Below, piece after piece: positions 38,494 to 51,900 of a stretch of DNA of 64,000 nt; position 1 is the stretch's first letter, and each line of letters opens with the position of its first letter. Location of the stretch: NCBI GenBank assembly GCA_964270895.1, contig OZ185441.1, one strand, 5' to 3'. The notes under the pieces are model-generated. The model was not told the DNA's origin and searched no databases. It was given only the letters and a program-made list of their open reading frames with translations. Both the position numbers and the translations under genes were made by a program. The DNA is from Podarcis filfolensis (Eukaryota).

Positions 38494-40337
38494 TATTGTC
38501 CCTGTGCAAGCAAGGCTTGCATTCGGAACCTTTTAAAATTTAATACTGAATGCAAGGCCCACTGGAATTTACTGCTTTATAAGGAACAGTGGGAAGCTCT
38601 CTTTAATGCTCCTGGTCATTCCTTTGCAGTTGTGGGTTTGCCTGCCGCCACAGTTGATGTCATGTGTGGGCAAGTGGGTGTGGTTAGAGGGAAACAGCCT
38701 TGTGGGCCTAATTAAGACCCTTTAAAAGTTTCCCATGCTCGTTTTAGAGAGATCCTGTGAATACATTTTGGCTACAGACCTACGCTTCATGATTAGCTAG
38801 TTCCGTATTATTTAAAAGATTCATACCTTACATTTTTTATAAATAGTACAAGGTACCTAAGAACATCACTATTAAAATAACAAAACATTAAGTTTTTACA
38901 AGATCTAAGCAGAGGGGCTGGGGAAACCCAGCCAGATGGGCGGGGTATAAATTGTTGTTGTTGTTATATAGCATAAAAAGATAAAACAAATATTTAAAAG
39001 CAACAACAGAAGATGAAACAATTACAACTGACATATCTAAGTAGCTCAAAATCAGCCAGCTACTAAAACCAGATGTTATAGTCCAAAGTCAAGTCTTCTT
39101 CTTTTTTAAAAATCTTTGGCATTCACTATAGTTTCAAGTGGCAGGATCATGACTAACTTGTCTCAGAGGTGAGCACCAGGGCCTTGGTACAGCTATGGAG
39201 AAGGGAGAAGGTCCTTTTCATGGTCACAGCCAGATGGATTTCAGTTTTAGTTGCAATATATACCAGTTTTGGTCTGCCCAGGCACACACAGGTTCTGCCT
39301 CTGCATCATTCAAACCTTCTAGAACTAAATCTAGATACTTCTGGTGTAAAAGATCTGCTCTTTGACTATAGTGCTTATGGCCCATGGGGTGAATTCCACA
39401 TTTTTCTGTTCAGTTCCCTTTTCAGCCACCATTTTACCATTAGGGAGAATTTCTTCCAAGTGCCATCTTCAGAATTTTCTAATTGGGTCTCTTCACATAC
39501 CATGTAACATGAACTGGCCCAATACCAAGTACCAGATGGTTTTTGAGTACATTCTAGTCACAGCCTGGCCCCAGTTGTCAACTTAAGCTGAGTGGACACT
39601 TCAGATGTGGGCTATCCTTAGCCTTGTTCATACAAAGATACCTTCATCCAGTTTCTCAATAACTAGCTTACCAGTCTCCTATGTTTGTGCCCCCACAAAA
39701 AAACACAAAGCTGAGGTTGCTTACCTGAAATTGATGTTTCCCACATAGCTATCTGTGCATCCACACAGTTGGTCTTCCTTGTTGCAGGTAGCTGTATAAC
39801 TATGATACTTAAGTGCCAAGCAGGAAGTTGTGGTACATTTACACTACCCTTGGGCAGATCGTTCGTGCCCAAAGTTAGTTTTAAATTCAAAAAGTTCTGA
39901 ACAATTCTGTGCACAGGTTCATAACCTTTAAGCGTATCTGCATAATTACCACTCATAAGAACACCAGATTCAGGTAAGCAGGCTGTTCAACAGTCCCCCA
40001 TCCCCTTTGCACATAATTAATGCAACTGTTGCCACAAAACAATTTACGCTGCCATTAAGTGTTATCAAAAGTTATTAATCTTTTATCAAAATAAGTGCCC
40101 CCCCTACATAGTCATTAGCGCTGATCTGTTGATAGAGCTTCCTGTATTAGGAACAAATGTTCCATATTCTGTGCTCACCTGAACTCATCTGGAAATAGGA
40201 TTATGCTGCCTGAGCACTTGGAGGACCCTGTTGATAACAGTTTGTATCATTCACTTACATGGAATTCAGTAATTGGAATTGAGGTTTTGATCATTTGGTG
40301 GCAGGCAATCAGTAATCAAACTTATCTTTGTTTTTAG

Positions 40338-40484
40338 ACTTGAAGGTGAAGCTAATCCAAACTCCTTAACAACAAGTTATAAATCTGTGTCTCTGCCTCT
40401 GACGTCTCCGAACATAAAGTTGAATCTGACTAGTCCAAAAAGAGGGCAAAAAAGAGAAGAAGGCTGGAAAGAAGTAGTGAGAAG
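40338..40484 (+). CDS. ANKHD1: ANKHD1 exon (LEGEANPNSL...REEGWKEVVRR)
   Basis: tag|A CTT ... AGA AG|gtaagt; 147 nt. Confidence 0.96.
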
Positions 40485-40899
40485 GTAAGTTGTTTTCATG
40501 CAGTTTCATGAATGGCATCTGACCAGTTTGAGCATGATTGGTAATTTAGTCAGTTTTGAATTGGGGGTGAAGGTATGACAGTATACGAATGGTAGTGGAT
40601 ACACGTGTCAGATTTTTTTAAAAAGCACTTGGCGTTTGCTAACTTTAACATACATTATAAGTCTTAAATGCTGTGGACTTGAGGAGCAAACATTAGGGTC
40701 ACATGCTCTCTCCTATCACACAAACTTAAGTGTTAAGTAGCATCACATAAGCAGCGCCTACTCATGGATCCTAGTTCACAGTGAAGGTTCTGCACGTGGA
40801 GGTGGGGAGTTGAGCCTGAGGTTTGTGTATGCACCCCATTATGTAAAGCTGAGATGCTGGGTGTCTGGGAAGCAGACTGTCAATTCTCTTGTAAGAGCC

Positions 40900-42605
40900 C
40901 TGTTGTTGTTGTTAAGTTAGTAAGGCTCGAGGATGCAGACAAGGTGCTTGGATTAGTCAGGGCGACCACTTATGCTCTGGACCCTTGTGGCTGATAAAAA
41001 ACTAGCAGTGAGGAGACAGCTGGCTGGGCCAGGCAGGTGATTCATGCCTTCTTACGAGAGGGGTTGGTCCCTGCCTGCTTGAAGGAGACCGTGGTAAAAC
41101 TACTCCCGTTCTTGGGCAAGGTTCTAGAGTGGATGTTCATGCACCAGATTCAGGCGCTCTTGGTGGAAACTGAATTTCTAGATCCATTTCAATTGGGTTT
41201 TTTGGGTTTTTGCCTGGTTTTGGCACAGAAACTGTTCTGGTCACTCTGTATGTTGACCTTTGCTGGGAGAGAGACAGGAGAAATATGTCCTTGTTTATTC
41301 TTCTTAACCTCTTAGCAACTTTCAATACCATCGACTTCTGGAGCAGTTGTCTGCGTTGAGGGTAGATGGCACCACTTTGCAGTGGTTCCAGTCCTACTTG
41401 GATGGTGGTTCTCAGATGGTGATGCTTGGGGAGTGCTCTGCAGCCTCGTGGAACCGTCAATGTGGAGTTCCTCAGGGCTCGATTTTATCCCCTCTGCTGT
41501 TTACATGAAACCGCTGAGAGGGGTCATTTGGAGTTTCGGAGTACGTTGTCAGCAATATGCTGATGACACAGCTCTACTTCACCTTAGCATCTGCAGGTGA
41601 GGCAGTGGGTGTGCTGGACCGTTTTCTTGCCTCAGTAATGGACCAGATGAGAGCCAACAAGCCGAAGCTCAGTCCAGATAAGACTAAGGCACTGGTCTGG
41701 ATGGATGGGAGGTTGCCTGCTCTTGATGGGGTTATACTGCCTCTGAAGGAGCAGGTAAGCAGCTTGGGGTACTCCTGGATCCTTTGCTGTCGCTTGAGCC
41801 TCAGGGGGCCTCAGTGGTGCTGATTGCCTTCCATCCGCTTTGACTGGTGGCCCAGCTGTGCCCCTGTCTGGACAGGGATAGCCTAACTTCTGTTGTCTGT
41901 GCTCTGGAAACCTCTAGGTTGGAATACTGAAATGCATCATACGTAGGGCTGCCTCTGAAAACAGTTCAGAAACTTCAGCTGGTGCAGAATTTGGCAGCCA
42001 GGTTGCTTACAGGTGCAAGACAGTGTGAGCATATACTGATCCTGGCCGGACTACACTGGCTGCCAATTAGCTTCCAGACCCAATTCAGAGTGCTGGTTTT
42101 GACCGATAAAGCCTTAAACAGCTCAGGACTGCAATACCTCAAGGACCAACTCACCTCATATAAACCAACCCGGAGCCTTCAATCATCCTCTGAGCCCTTC
42201 TTTGTGTGCCTCCTCCATGAGAAGTCTAGAGGGTGGCAACACAAGAATGGGCCTTTTCCGCAGTGGCTCCCCATTTGTAGAAGGCTCTCCCCAGAGAGGT
42301 CCATCTGGCACCTTCATTATATATCTTTAGGCACCAGGCAAAAACATTCCTCTTCAACCAGGCCGTTGGCTGATTGATATTCTGCACATAGCTGTCAACG
42401 TTTCCCTTTTTTTAAAAAGGGAAATTCCCTTATTCCTAATAGGGTTCCTCGCAAGAAAAGGAAAAAGTTGATAGCTATGATTCTACAGTTTTTTAAATGT
42501 GTTTGTGAGAGGAGAGGTTTTTGTTTTAACTACTTATTTTGTTCTTTTATCTTGTGAACTGCCTTGAGATGAAGGGCAGTATATAAATTTAATAAATTAT
42601 TATTA
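40900..42605 (+). mobile_element. L2 LINE ORF2 3' half with tail
   Basis: FLREGLVPACLKETVVK, LDPFQLGF, QQYADDT, MRANKPKLSPDKTK and LHWLPISFQTQFRVLV, followed by a tail ending tataaatttaataaattattatt. Confidence 0.85.
42387..42479. mobile_element. 93-bp hAT-type MITE nested in the L2 3' region
   Basis: CATAGCTGTCAAC...GTTGATAGCTATG inverted termini; 8-bp TSD ATTCTGCA / ATTCTACA. Confidence 0.75.
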
Positions 42606-44166
42606 TTAATTAAATTTCTGTACTACCCTTCAACCGAGGAGCACAGGCCTATTTACATTATAAAAAGTACACTTAATAGATGCAAACAACTTTGACATTT
42701 TAAATCTGAGCCGTTAATATGAAACCATATACTTTTCCATATGTAACAGTTCTGATGTAACTTTTTTCTTGGCTGCTAATGCATTTGTAAACATATTAAC
42801 AATAGTGAATCTTGTAGAAATATGTATGCTTCCAAAGCCTTCCCTTTCTGTCAAACTATTTTAAAAAGAGATATTTTGCTATCCTAACAGAGCTATAGAT
42901 TCTGCCCTGTCTAGAGCACAGTGATTCTAATGAAGTACTTAATCCTGTTGAAATGGGGAGGACAATAAGCCATTAACTGCTCAACTGATTTCAATGTGCC
43001 TTAAATGGACTGCCATCTAAATTATGTACAATATCAGGTTCCATATGCCTATCACACCAGTTTCTTAAGATTTCCTAGTGTTTTAAATAATTGTGATATT
43101 TTAGTCTTGACTAATCTAGGGTATAATTAGATCATGTTTTGGAAGTCCCTACAATAGTTCCATATGTGTAGAGCTGAGTAGATCTGGGACCTGCTAATAT
43201 CTGGCTTGGAGATCCCTTGGGTTTCCACAGAGATCGATAATATATATGTAACAAATAAAACAGGGGAAATGAGAGAAGGTTTTCTTGTCTGGACCTGAGC
43301 TTGAAAATGTATGACTCGAAACTCTTTTCATCTCTTGCCTAGAAAACTAAGGAAAATTGTATTTTCTATCCTTGACAGGCAAGTGGGCAGAGTTTTAAAG
43401 GACCCTTCCCCTAACAACACTCTGCAGTCAACGCCAATTGAACAGTTTCAGCTGCAGAGAGGCGGACGCTGCCTTTCAGGAGCAAAAAGGTACTTTGGTG
43501 GCATTCAAAAATTCTGCATTGGAATTGAAGAGGATTTATGAATAGGCTGTAGATGAGGCTGTGAGTAGAATCAATGAGGGTTTAGAACTTCAGGGAGTAT
43601 GGATTACAGGGGTTTATGTATCACTGTCGGAACTGAGCTGAAGAGAGGAAGAAAATAGAATCCATGTGAGGAAGTGTTGGGGAAAGGGCTTTTAAACTTT
43701 CAAGGCTGCTGGAATTGTTGGAGGGAATGTCATTTTTTAAAACAACTAAAGGAAAAGATAGTGACTCAACAAGTACAAGATATATAATAACAGGGATTTT
43801 TTAAAAAAACAAAAACCTTTCCATGACTTTCAGCACACATGGAGCTTCTTCATTAGTGTTTTCAGAGCTGTAGGGTAAAATATGTGGTATATCTCCAGTT
43901 CTAAAGCATGCATAGCAGTTAAAAGGCATAGTAACCATTCAGTTTGTCAGTAGTACACATATTCTCAAGGGGGGCTTTTTAAAAGTTTGGCAGTTAATGT
44001 GTGAATTACAGTAGCATTATCTGAAGAGCTATTAGCCTAAGTTAAACAAAAATTCACATGCCCAGAACACACATCTAACAAGGCCCAGAATATCCGCAAG
44101 AATATCACTTTAACTATCCTGAGATGCTTGGCTAGTTATCAAAATGACATACTATAATATTTGGTT

Positions 44167-44246
44167 AAAGGTAAAGGACTCCTGGATGGTTAAGTCCAGT
44201 CAGAGGCGACTATGAGGTGCAGTGCTCATCTCGCTTTTCAGGCCGA
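44167..44246 (-). mobile_element. Sauria SINE 3' fragment
   Basis: aaaggtaaaggactcctgg...gtgctcatctcgcttttcaggccga matches the tail end of the copy at 22881. Confidence 0.75.
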
Positions 44247-44324
44247 ATATATTATAATACTACCTAAATCTCTTAAACTTAAAAGCAGGAAGCCCTCAAA
44301 ACATTTATAATTTTTGTCATTTAG

Positions 44325-44474
44325 GTCAAAAAAGCTCTCTGTCCCAGCATCCGTTGTTTCTCGAATAATGGGAAGAGGTGGGTGCAACATCACAGCAATC
44401 CAGGATGTCACTGGTGCTCATATTGATGTGGACAAACAAAAAGATAAAAATGGAGAAAGAATGATCACAATAAG
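44325..44474 (+). CDS. ANKHD1: ANKHD1 KH-domain exon (SKKLSVPASVVSRIMGRGGCNITAIQDVTGAHIDVD...MITIR)
   Basis: tag|G TCA ... ATA AG|gtagag; 150 nt; KH GxxG loop (GRGG). Confidence 0.98.
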
Positions 44475-44582
44475 GTAGAGTGCCTAAAATCTAATGTTTA
44501 AAGCTCATGTTTTTCAAATGGATTTAAGTTGTACTGAACTGAGCCTTGTGTTCTAAAGATGATCCTGCCTTCTCTATTTCAG

Positions 44583-46195
44583 GGGTGGAACAGAATCAAC
44601 AAGATATGCAGTACAACTTATTAATGCCCTTATTCAAGATCCTGCCAAGGAACTGGAAGATTTAATTCCTAAAACTCATATAAGAACACCTGCTTCCAGC
44701 ACCAAGTCAGTCCATACAAATTTTTCATCTGGCGTCAGTACTGCTTCAGCTTCAAACAAAAACTCATTTCCCCTTGGAGCTCCATCTCTTGTCACCTCTC
44801 AGTCATCAACGCTGTCTACCTTCCAGTCTGCTAACAAATTAAGCAAGAATGTCCCTGCAAACGTGCGCTCTTCTTTTCCAGTCTCTCTTCCCTTAGCTTA
44901 TTCCCACCCTCACTTTGCCATATTGGCTGCCCAAACTATGCAACAAATTCGTCACCCTCGCTTACCGATGGCCCAATTTGGAGGAACATTTTCAACCTCT
45001 CCAAACACCTGGGGACCATTCCCAGTGAGGCCAGTTAACCCAGGCAGCACAAATAGCTCTCCAAAGCATAACAGTTCAAGTCGCGTAGTTAACCAGAATG
45101 GCAATATTTTGCAGCCTGAATCCACGGGTTTAGCTCCCACTTGTCCTGGTACTGTCTCTTCAGTAGTTGCATCCTCTCAGCCACTCTGTGTTACAAGTAA
45201 CCGGACTCCATCATCGGTCAGGAAACAGTTGTTCGCTTGCGTTCCTAAAACAAGTACCATGACGACAGCGATCTCAACTGTGACAACTACATGTAGCACA
45301 CTGCCTTCAGCTTCTCCTGCACCTGAAAACACTGGGCATGTTCCCACTACATTTCTACCCGCTAGTGTTCCACAGGCACAGCAGTCTGCACTTAAAACAG
45401 ATGCTGTTTCTTCTGCCCCAGTACCCAAAGAAAAGGCATCAACACCAGAACAATCTGTTGGAAACGCATGTGTGCCATCATCGGTTGCTGCTAGCAGCAA
45501 TATCTCATCTGGCAGCACTTCAGGAGTCATAGAAACGTGCACATCTAGCAGTCCTGCACCTCCAAACAACGCGCAAGATGAAACACTGCCGACCAATATG
45601 TCTGACTTAAGTCCTCCCATATCTATGCCTTTTTCTTCCAGTTCAGAACCTACTCCATTAAGCTTAGCTTCACCTAGATCGGTTGCTACGGATAATCAGG
45701 ACAATGGTACCTTACCTCAGTTAGCTGTACCAGCACCCCGTGTCTCTCACAGAATGCAACCTAGAAATTCATTTTATTCAATGGTACCAAATGCAAACAT
45801 ACATCAGGAACCTCAGTCCATTTTCGTTACAAATGCAGTACCTTTGACACCTTCGCAAGGGCCACCACCCACAGTTCAGCTGTCATCGCCCATGAACGTT
45901 ATGAACGGTTCTCAGATGCATATTAACCCAGCAAACAAATCCTTGCCTCCTACATTTGGCCCAGCAACACTCTTCAATCACTTTAGCAGTCTTTTTGATA
46001 GCAACCAGGTGCCAGCTAACCAGGGATGGGGAGACTGCCCACTGTCCACACGAGGAGCAGCAGACCAACCTTACACTGTCCAGTCTACGTATTTGGGTAA
46101 CTCTGTGATGGGGCACATGGAAAATGTGCATCCTGATAACTCCAAGGCTCCAGGGTTCCGGCCTCCTTCCCAGAGAGTTTCAACTAGTCCTGTAG
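44583..46195 (+). CDS. ANKHD1: ANKHD1 large exon (end of KH domain plus S/T/P-rich region)
   Basis: cag|G GGT GGA ... GTA G|gtgagt; 1613 nt, open throughout. Confidence 0.97.
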
Positions 46196-48320
46196 GTGAG
46201 TTGCTATGTTCTGCATGGAAAGGGAGATAATTCTTCATGGCCTCTTGATAGCAATTGAAAAGCTTCCCCAAACTTTAAAATTGTTTCTGTGATCCTGAAC
46301 CAGAGGAATACTGAAAACAAGAATTGTGTTGGGTCTTTGATTAATTTTACTCAGTTGATATTTTCTTCATAATGTGACTTAATATAACCAAGAGATGGGA
46401 GAATTGGTGTGACTCTGTAGAATGAACGTTGGCACACAATATTGGTTCAGGTAACTTCTGTGAAATGATGGGGGAAACAGAACATCCTAAAGAAAAATTC
46501 TGGCCCATATAGATGATGGGGACTTTTTGTTTAATCCTTCGCATACCCTCATACCAGTCCCTCTAAGACAAGATAATGTGATTCATTGATAAGTTAGCCT
46601 TTTTCTTTACTCCATAACAAAATGGAACCAAAAGTTGCATTTTAGGAAAATGTTTCTCAGCATTCCACCTATTAAAGCTTTGCTCTGCTTTTTTATTTTT
46701 GAACTCTTGTCAGAACCATAATGAAATAAAAATAAGTTGCAAAATAAAATAGGAAATGGAAGGATGGCCATTCCCTCTGTTGCTGATTGGTGGTGTTGAC
46801 CAGTTTTAATTGCAGTCAATACAAGCCACACTCTTTGATTATGTTATGCTTGCACTAAGGTTTTGCATTGTGCTTTATACTTAGCAGATGATAATTCCTC
46901 TTCAGTCAGCTCTGAGATTTCTTACATTCTCAAACTTGAATTCCAGTAGGGTTCAGTTAAAAAAAAAAACCCCACTCTGAATCTTTGCTGCTGCGGTTTA
47001 CAGATATTTATCTTTGACACATTGATGTAATAACCAATTGCTGAGCATAGGCAGCATTTCTAAGCCTCAGTCCTGATAGTACTAACCTTTACAGAGACCA
47101 TAGTTGGTAAAATAAGATTAAGAAGGATTTTACTCAACTTGCTGCTGTTCATAGTTTAAACCAAGTTCTGCATTGCATGGGCACTATATCCTTGTGACCT
47201 GTTTATGTGAATTCCGTTGTGAGAAAATTATGTGTGTACTAATGGACATAAAGGAGACTTGTGGGATGTTAATTTAGAAGCCTTTCAACCATCCACTATG
47301 TGGTGGCATTTAAAGAACAAGCAAACCAGAATAGTGACCCTCAGTTACCCCACAGTCATTCTGGGGATGAAGTGAGGCCCTGTAAGAGCTCTTAAAATAC
47401 ACCACGCAGTAGATGCAACAAACCACATAGAGAGAGGTAAAGTGGAAAAGCACCTATATTCAGCCATCTGGGGAGGTGTTCTCGCTAGTTTAGAACCTAA
47501 ATATGCAAGCAAAATTGCTTAATCAACCATGAGAAAATGGTCTTGAGCAGCAGACTATCCCATTATTGGCTTTTGCTGCAAAAGAGGAGCAAAATCTTTT
47601 CATTGAGTCTACAGAAGGGATGGGGAACCTGTTCAAGATGTATTTGAATTTATCTCAGCAAATGTGGCCAGTGGGCAGAGATTATGGGAACTGTAGTCCC
47701 AACAACATCAAGTTAACCACTCCTGGTCTACATCATCTAAAAATGTGGTTTTGAACTGAATTCTACGCTGGTTGTGTTTTCTTCCCTGATGTTTTGAAAA
47801 ATGTTTAATGCCTGCAGTAAGAGTGACAGTTTAATGTTGTGAAATGCTCACATCAAGCCAGGCTGGTATTAGTTTGACTCAATCTGAAAATGTTTGCACT
47901 GCAAAACTATACAGGTAACTATGCCATTTTGAGATTACGGTATATACTGGGGATTTGACCAATTTGGCAATAACAAATAATTTCCCCTATCTTGGCTTAA
48001 CTATTTATGCCAACTCAACTATGCACAGAACATCTATAAATATTCTCCTTAATTTTAGGTAGGATTGTGAAAAGCAGTTCATGCTAGAAGCAAGTAATAT
48101 TTAAAACACAGTATGTAATTAATTATTATATGGGCAGGCTAGAAAAATCCCAAATGTAACCCAGCCCTATTTAATGATAGAAATCAAGATAAATGAGAAT
48201 CTGTTTATCCTACAGACCTCATCAGATTATGATGGGAGGGTTTCTGTAATTCGTAGTATAACTGGGTAACAAGTAGGGTCTTTGGAGTTATTTTCTCAGA
48301 CATAATCATATTAATTGTAG

Positions 48321-48500
48321 ACTTACCTTCTCTAGATCCATCCAGCAGCTCCTCAAACTCCTCTTCAGCGCCTATGGCTGGTTTTTCAGCAAACATTCAA
48401 GGAGCACGGGTTTATCTTCAAGGGCCAGCACCTGTTGGGACCCCCAGCTTTAACAGACAGCATTTTTCACCACACCCTTGGACAAGTGCTACAAATTCAT
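48321..48500 (+). CDS. ANKHD1: ANKHD1 exon (DLPSLDPSSSS...RQHFSPHPWTSATNS)
   Basis: tag|AC TTA ... TCA T|gtagga; 180 nt. An alternative in-frame acceptor at 48336 is possible. Confidence 0.9.
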
Positions 48501-49974
48501 GTAGGAGTTTTGGGGGTCTGTCTAATTCAACTCTTCAGTCTGTTGGTATTGACCTTTTTGCTGGCTGTATGATTCTAACACATAAATTTGTTTTCAGCAT
48601 TAATTAAAGAAATTGAGGCAATTTGAAAAGATGAAATTACTGAACTGCTTAAAAGGGGCCAAATTAGACATAACATGCAGTCACATGAAGGTTCCCCTTC
48701 CTTTTCAGAGAGTTTGAGTAGAAGAATTGATGGAGTGAGGGTTGCTTGACTTTTCCCATCTGGCTTTCCCTACACACAAATCTGTCACAATTACTTTTCT
48801 CTCTGTTGGAAGGAAGATAAAAATACCCTTCCCATTTCATTGTTTACCCACTCAAATTTGCAGCTCCCTATGACCACTGCTGGTCTTAAAAACAATTTAA
48901 AGGAAACATGCATGCAGTTGCACATTTGCTTTAGTTTAGACCCAATACTTTTAAACTGCCTCTATCTATCCATCTATCTATCTATCTATCATCTATCTAT
49001 CTATCTATCTCTCTATCTGATCCCAGACAAGTTCAGAATATCTGAATGTAAATAAGTGATGCTTAAGTCATGTTATAGATTCAGCTAGAGTTGGTCTATA
49101 TAGGATGCTTGCTGAATGAGATCAGCTCTTGATAATTTTGTTTGTTCAGCAGTGATTTGGAGGAGGCTGCAATTATACGCCACAAGGAAGCTGCTGGCTG
49201 GCTGCCTTTGGGTTATTTCTCCCCTTATCTCTCTCTTTAGTGGCTTATTTATCCTAGACATTGGTGTATGGAGATGGGAAAATCAGTTGAGTGCTTGTTA
49301 ACAGACCACTACGCAGTCCAGTCTGTTTCATAGATCAGTCATGGAGAAAACGTCCCCTATAATAAACTAGAGAGCCATTGGCTCCTATGTCAGTCAGGGA
49401 CAAAGAACAATAAACCTGGCAGATAGCTCTGAAGTATAAAAGTTTAAAGAGCCTAGATAAACTTAGGCAGGGTGACCCAGCCTTTTGTTGAGGCTGATGA
49501 TTAGAGACATTTGGGGAAGGGAGGGAGACCCTTTTGGCCAACAAGTCAGATCTTAATCTCACTGCACTCCATGGGCCCCCTTTGGCAGGTGAGCAATCCC
49601 AGCCACCTGTCAGAATTGTCCAATAAGAAGTGGTCTGCTTTGCCAATGCATTCCCTGAAGCATGTTCTCAAACAGCTCCTTGATGGATGTACAGTTTTGA
49701 AGACATAAGCTAATAATAAACTATATCATGAAGCACCATGTTATAACCTAATTTAAGATGCATTAAAATTCAAAACACAGTTTTCATCTATTTCAAAATA
49801 CTGATACTTTACCAAAAAAAATGTTTTTAGTATTTAAATCCCGCTGATTACAGTAGAAGTGTACTTTTGCTGAAGCATTGAGAATTTCGTCTCTAGTGGA
49901 AACTTCCTAGAGCAGCAGTTAAGGTAACTCAGCATTTCATGTGTGATAAAGCAAGAGAACTGTTTTTTCATCAG

Positions 49975-50226
49975 GTGAATCTCCTATTCCATCAGTTTCC
50001 TCGGGATCATCCTCGCCCCTTTCAGCTGCTTCTGCACCTTCTTCTCTGGGTCAGCCAAAATCAGGGAGCACAGCACAAGATCGAAAGGTGCCACCGCCTA
50101 TTGGAACAGAAAGACTTGCTAGGATTCGTCAAGGAGGTTCTGTCACACCTACCCCCTTGGGAACCAACTTTGCAGCTCCCGTCGGACACAGTGGTATCTG
50201 GTCATTTGGTGTTAACAATGTTTCAG
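49975..50226 (+). CDS. ANKHD1: ANKHD1 exon (ESPIPSVSSGSSSPLSAASAP...WSFGVNNVS)
   Basis: cag|GT GAA ... TCA G|gtgagt; 252 nt. The 5' boundary could also be 49996 or 50026 (all in frame). Confidence 0.9.
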
Positions 50227-50339
50227 GTGAGTATCTCAAAGGAAATGATTGTAAGAGTTAAAGGAAACAGTAATTTGCAGATACAGGATAAAGGTTCCCA
50301 GCCGTATTATATCAAGCTCTTGAGCTTTTAACTAAATAA

Positions 50340-50960
50340 ATCCTAAAGAGTCCATTGTTTAGACAGAAATTATTTAAACATCTTTAGTACTTTAAACATG
50401 TATTCCTGCACATTGTGCTTTTTCCTACTTTGTGCAAGAGTCGAAATCTTCCATGCAGGAATTTAATAATGCCAGTAGTAGCCCTGAATAGAAGAGTGTT
50501 TCTGAGAATAGCCAGGAAGGTGGCTAAAGAAGTGGAGCTGCAGGAAAATAAGTCTATACAGGGATACAGAACTGTTGCATGGCAGAAAGTTCAGAGAAAG
50601 GGGAGTGGGAAAAGTGGCTGATAGTGAGCCTTGTGCAGCATGAAAGGAATGAAGACACATGAGTAGAGAGAGCTCCAAAGCGAATCTTCAAGTCAGTGCA
50701 ATGCTTCCCATGGAGTCAGTGTAGGAAACTGGAAAGGGGTGATCGGTATGGAGGAGACACAATGGTTTAGAAGAGGCATTCAGAGCAATTGAAGATAGCA
50801 GTTAACAGGAAGGAAGATCTTTCGATAAGTAATTTTCAGTAAATTGGATACGGAAGACCATTGAAAGGGCGTATAGAGGCTAGATGAGAACCTGGAGATA
50901 CCAAAACGGGAGTGGTGCCAGGGTGTGACAACTTCTAGGATATGGGAAGAAAGGGGGGGG
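50340..50960 (-). mobile_element. Very old LINE (probably L2) remnant
   Basis: Minus strand resembles decayed L2 RT nucleotide sequence; no clean motif. Confidence 0.35.
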
Positions 50961-51289
50961 GGAATACGTGCCTTTGATGTGCAGTGATCAGACCCCAAAT
51001 AAGGGAGGTACTGGCAAAAAGGGAACCCTATGATAGCAGCTGGAGTTTTAATTCCTGATTTTTTTGCTGCAGCATTTTCTATTTCTGAAGAGGCAAGTCC
51101 TTTTGAATTTCAAATAGTAGTTTGTATCTTGGGGAGTAGGCATTGCTGCAGTGAATCAGTAAGTGAAGTTTCAGCTACTACTAAGTAGTTCTGTTGTGCA
51201 GGTATATCCTGCTAGCACCATGTTTGGCTTGAGACATTGGCAGGACAAAGTACAAGAGGATGTTGGTGAGGAGGGAAAGGGACAACGTA

Positions 51290-51454
51290 CCCTTAAATGG
51301 CACAGCAATTGTTTTGCATGGAGGTAGTCCCAGGTTGAATCCCTGGAATCCCCAGTTAGAAGGATGACACAGAACTATCTGCTGCTAGTCACAGATAATA
51401 CTTGGGCTAGATGGGCAAACAGTTTGTTATGATAAAGCAGTTTCTCATGTTCCT
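51290..51454 (+). mobile_element. Degenerate tRNA-headed SINE (Squam3-like)
   Basis: ttttgcatggaggtagtcccaggttgaatccctggaatc...gggctagatgggc...gcagtttctcatgttc resembles the Squam3 consensus as recalled. Confidence 0.5.
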
Positions 51455-51724
51455 AAACCTCAGGCCACAGGAATCTCAGGAGGGTGGCAGATAAACTTTG
51501 TTAAAGGACACAGTCATTAATCTTGGAGAATGAGGACTGAGAACTAGTCCTTGGATTTGCCATGGAAAGGTCACTGCCCTTGAAGAGCAGTGTGTGTAGA
51601 GTTGGGTGGGCTCTTCCTGCAGCAAGAAGGAGCTTTTCTAACTTTTGGGTAATAAGAGAGATAAAATTTGATTAATACGAGAGATTTTTCTGATCCCTAA
51701 ACAAGTGCTTCGTTATCTTTCTAG

Positions 51725-51900
51725 AAGGCATGTCAGGTTGGTCTCAGCCTGTCATGGGAAATCATCCAGTTCATCAGCAGCTGTCGGATCCTGGCACCTT
51801 TTCCCAACATCAGCCGATGGAGAGAGATGACTCTGGAATAGTGGCGCCCTCAAATATTTTCCAGCAGCCTATGCCGAACAGCTTTGTAGATTTCTCTAAA
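51725..51900 (+). CDS. ANKHD1: ANKHD1 exon (EGMSGWSQPVMGNHP...FVDFSK)
   Basis: tag|AA GGC ... TCT AAA|gtacgc; 176 nt. Confidence 0.96.

Noticed and set aside
44952-46131. Antisense ORFs up to 147 aa opposite the large ANKHD1 exon
   Set aside because: Expected shadow of a long Ser/Thr/Pro-rich coding exon; no independent start context or splice evidence.
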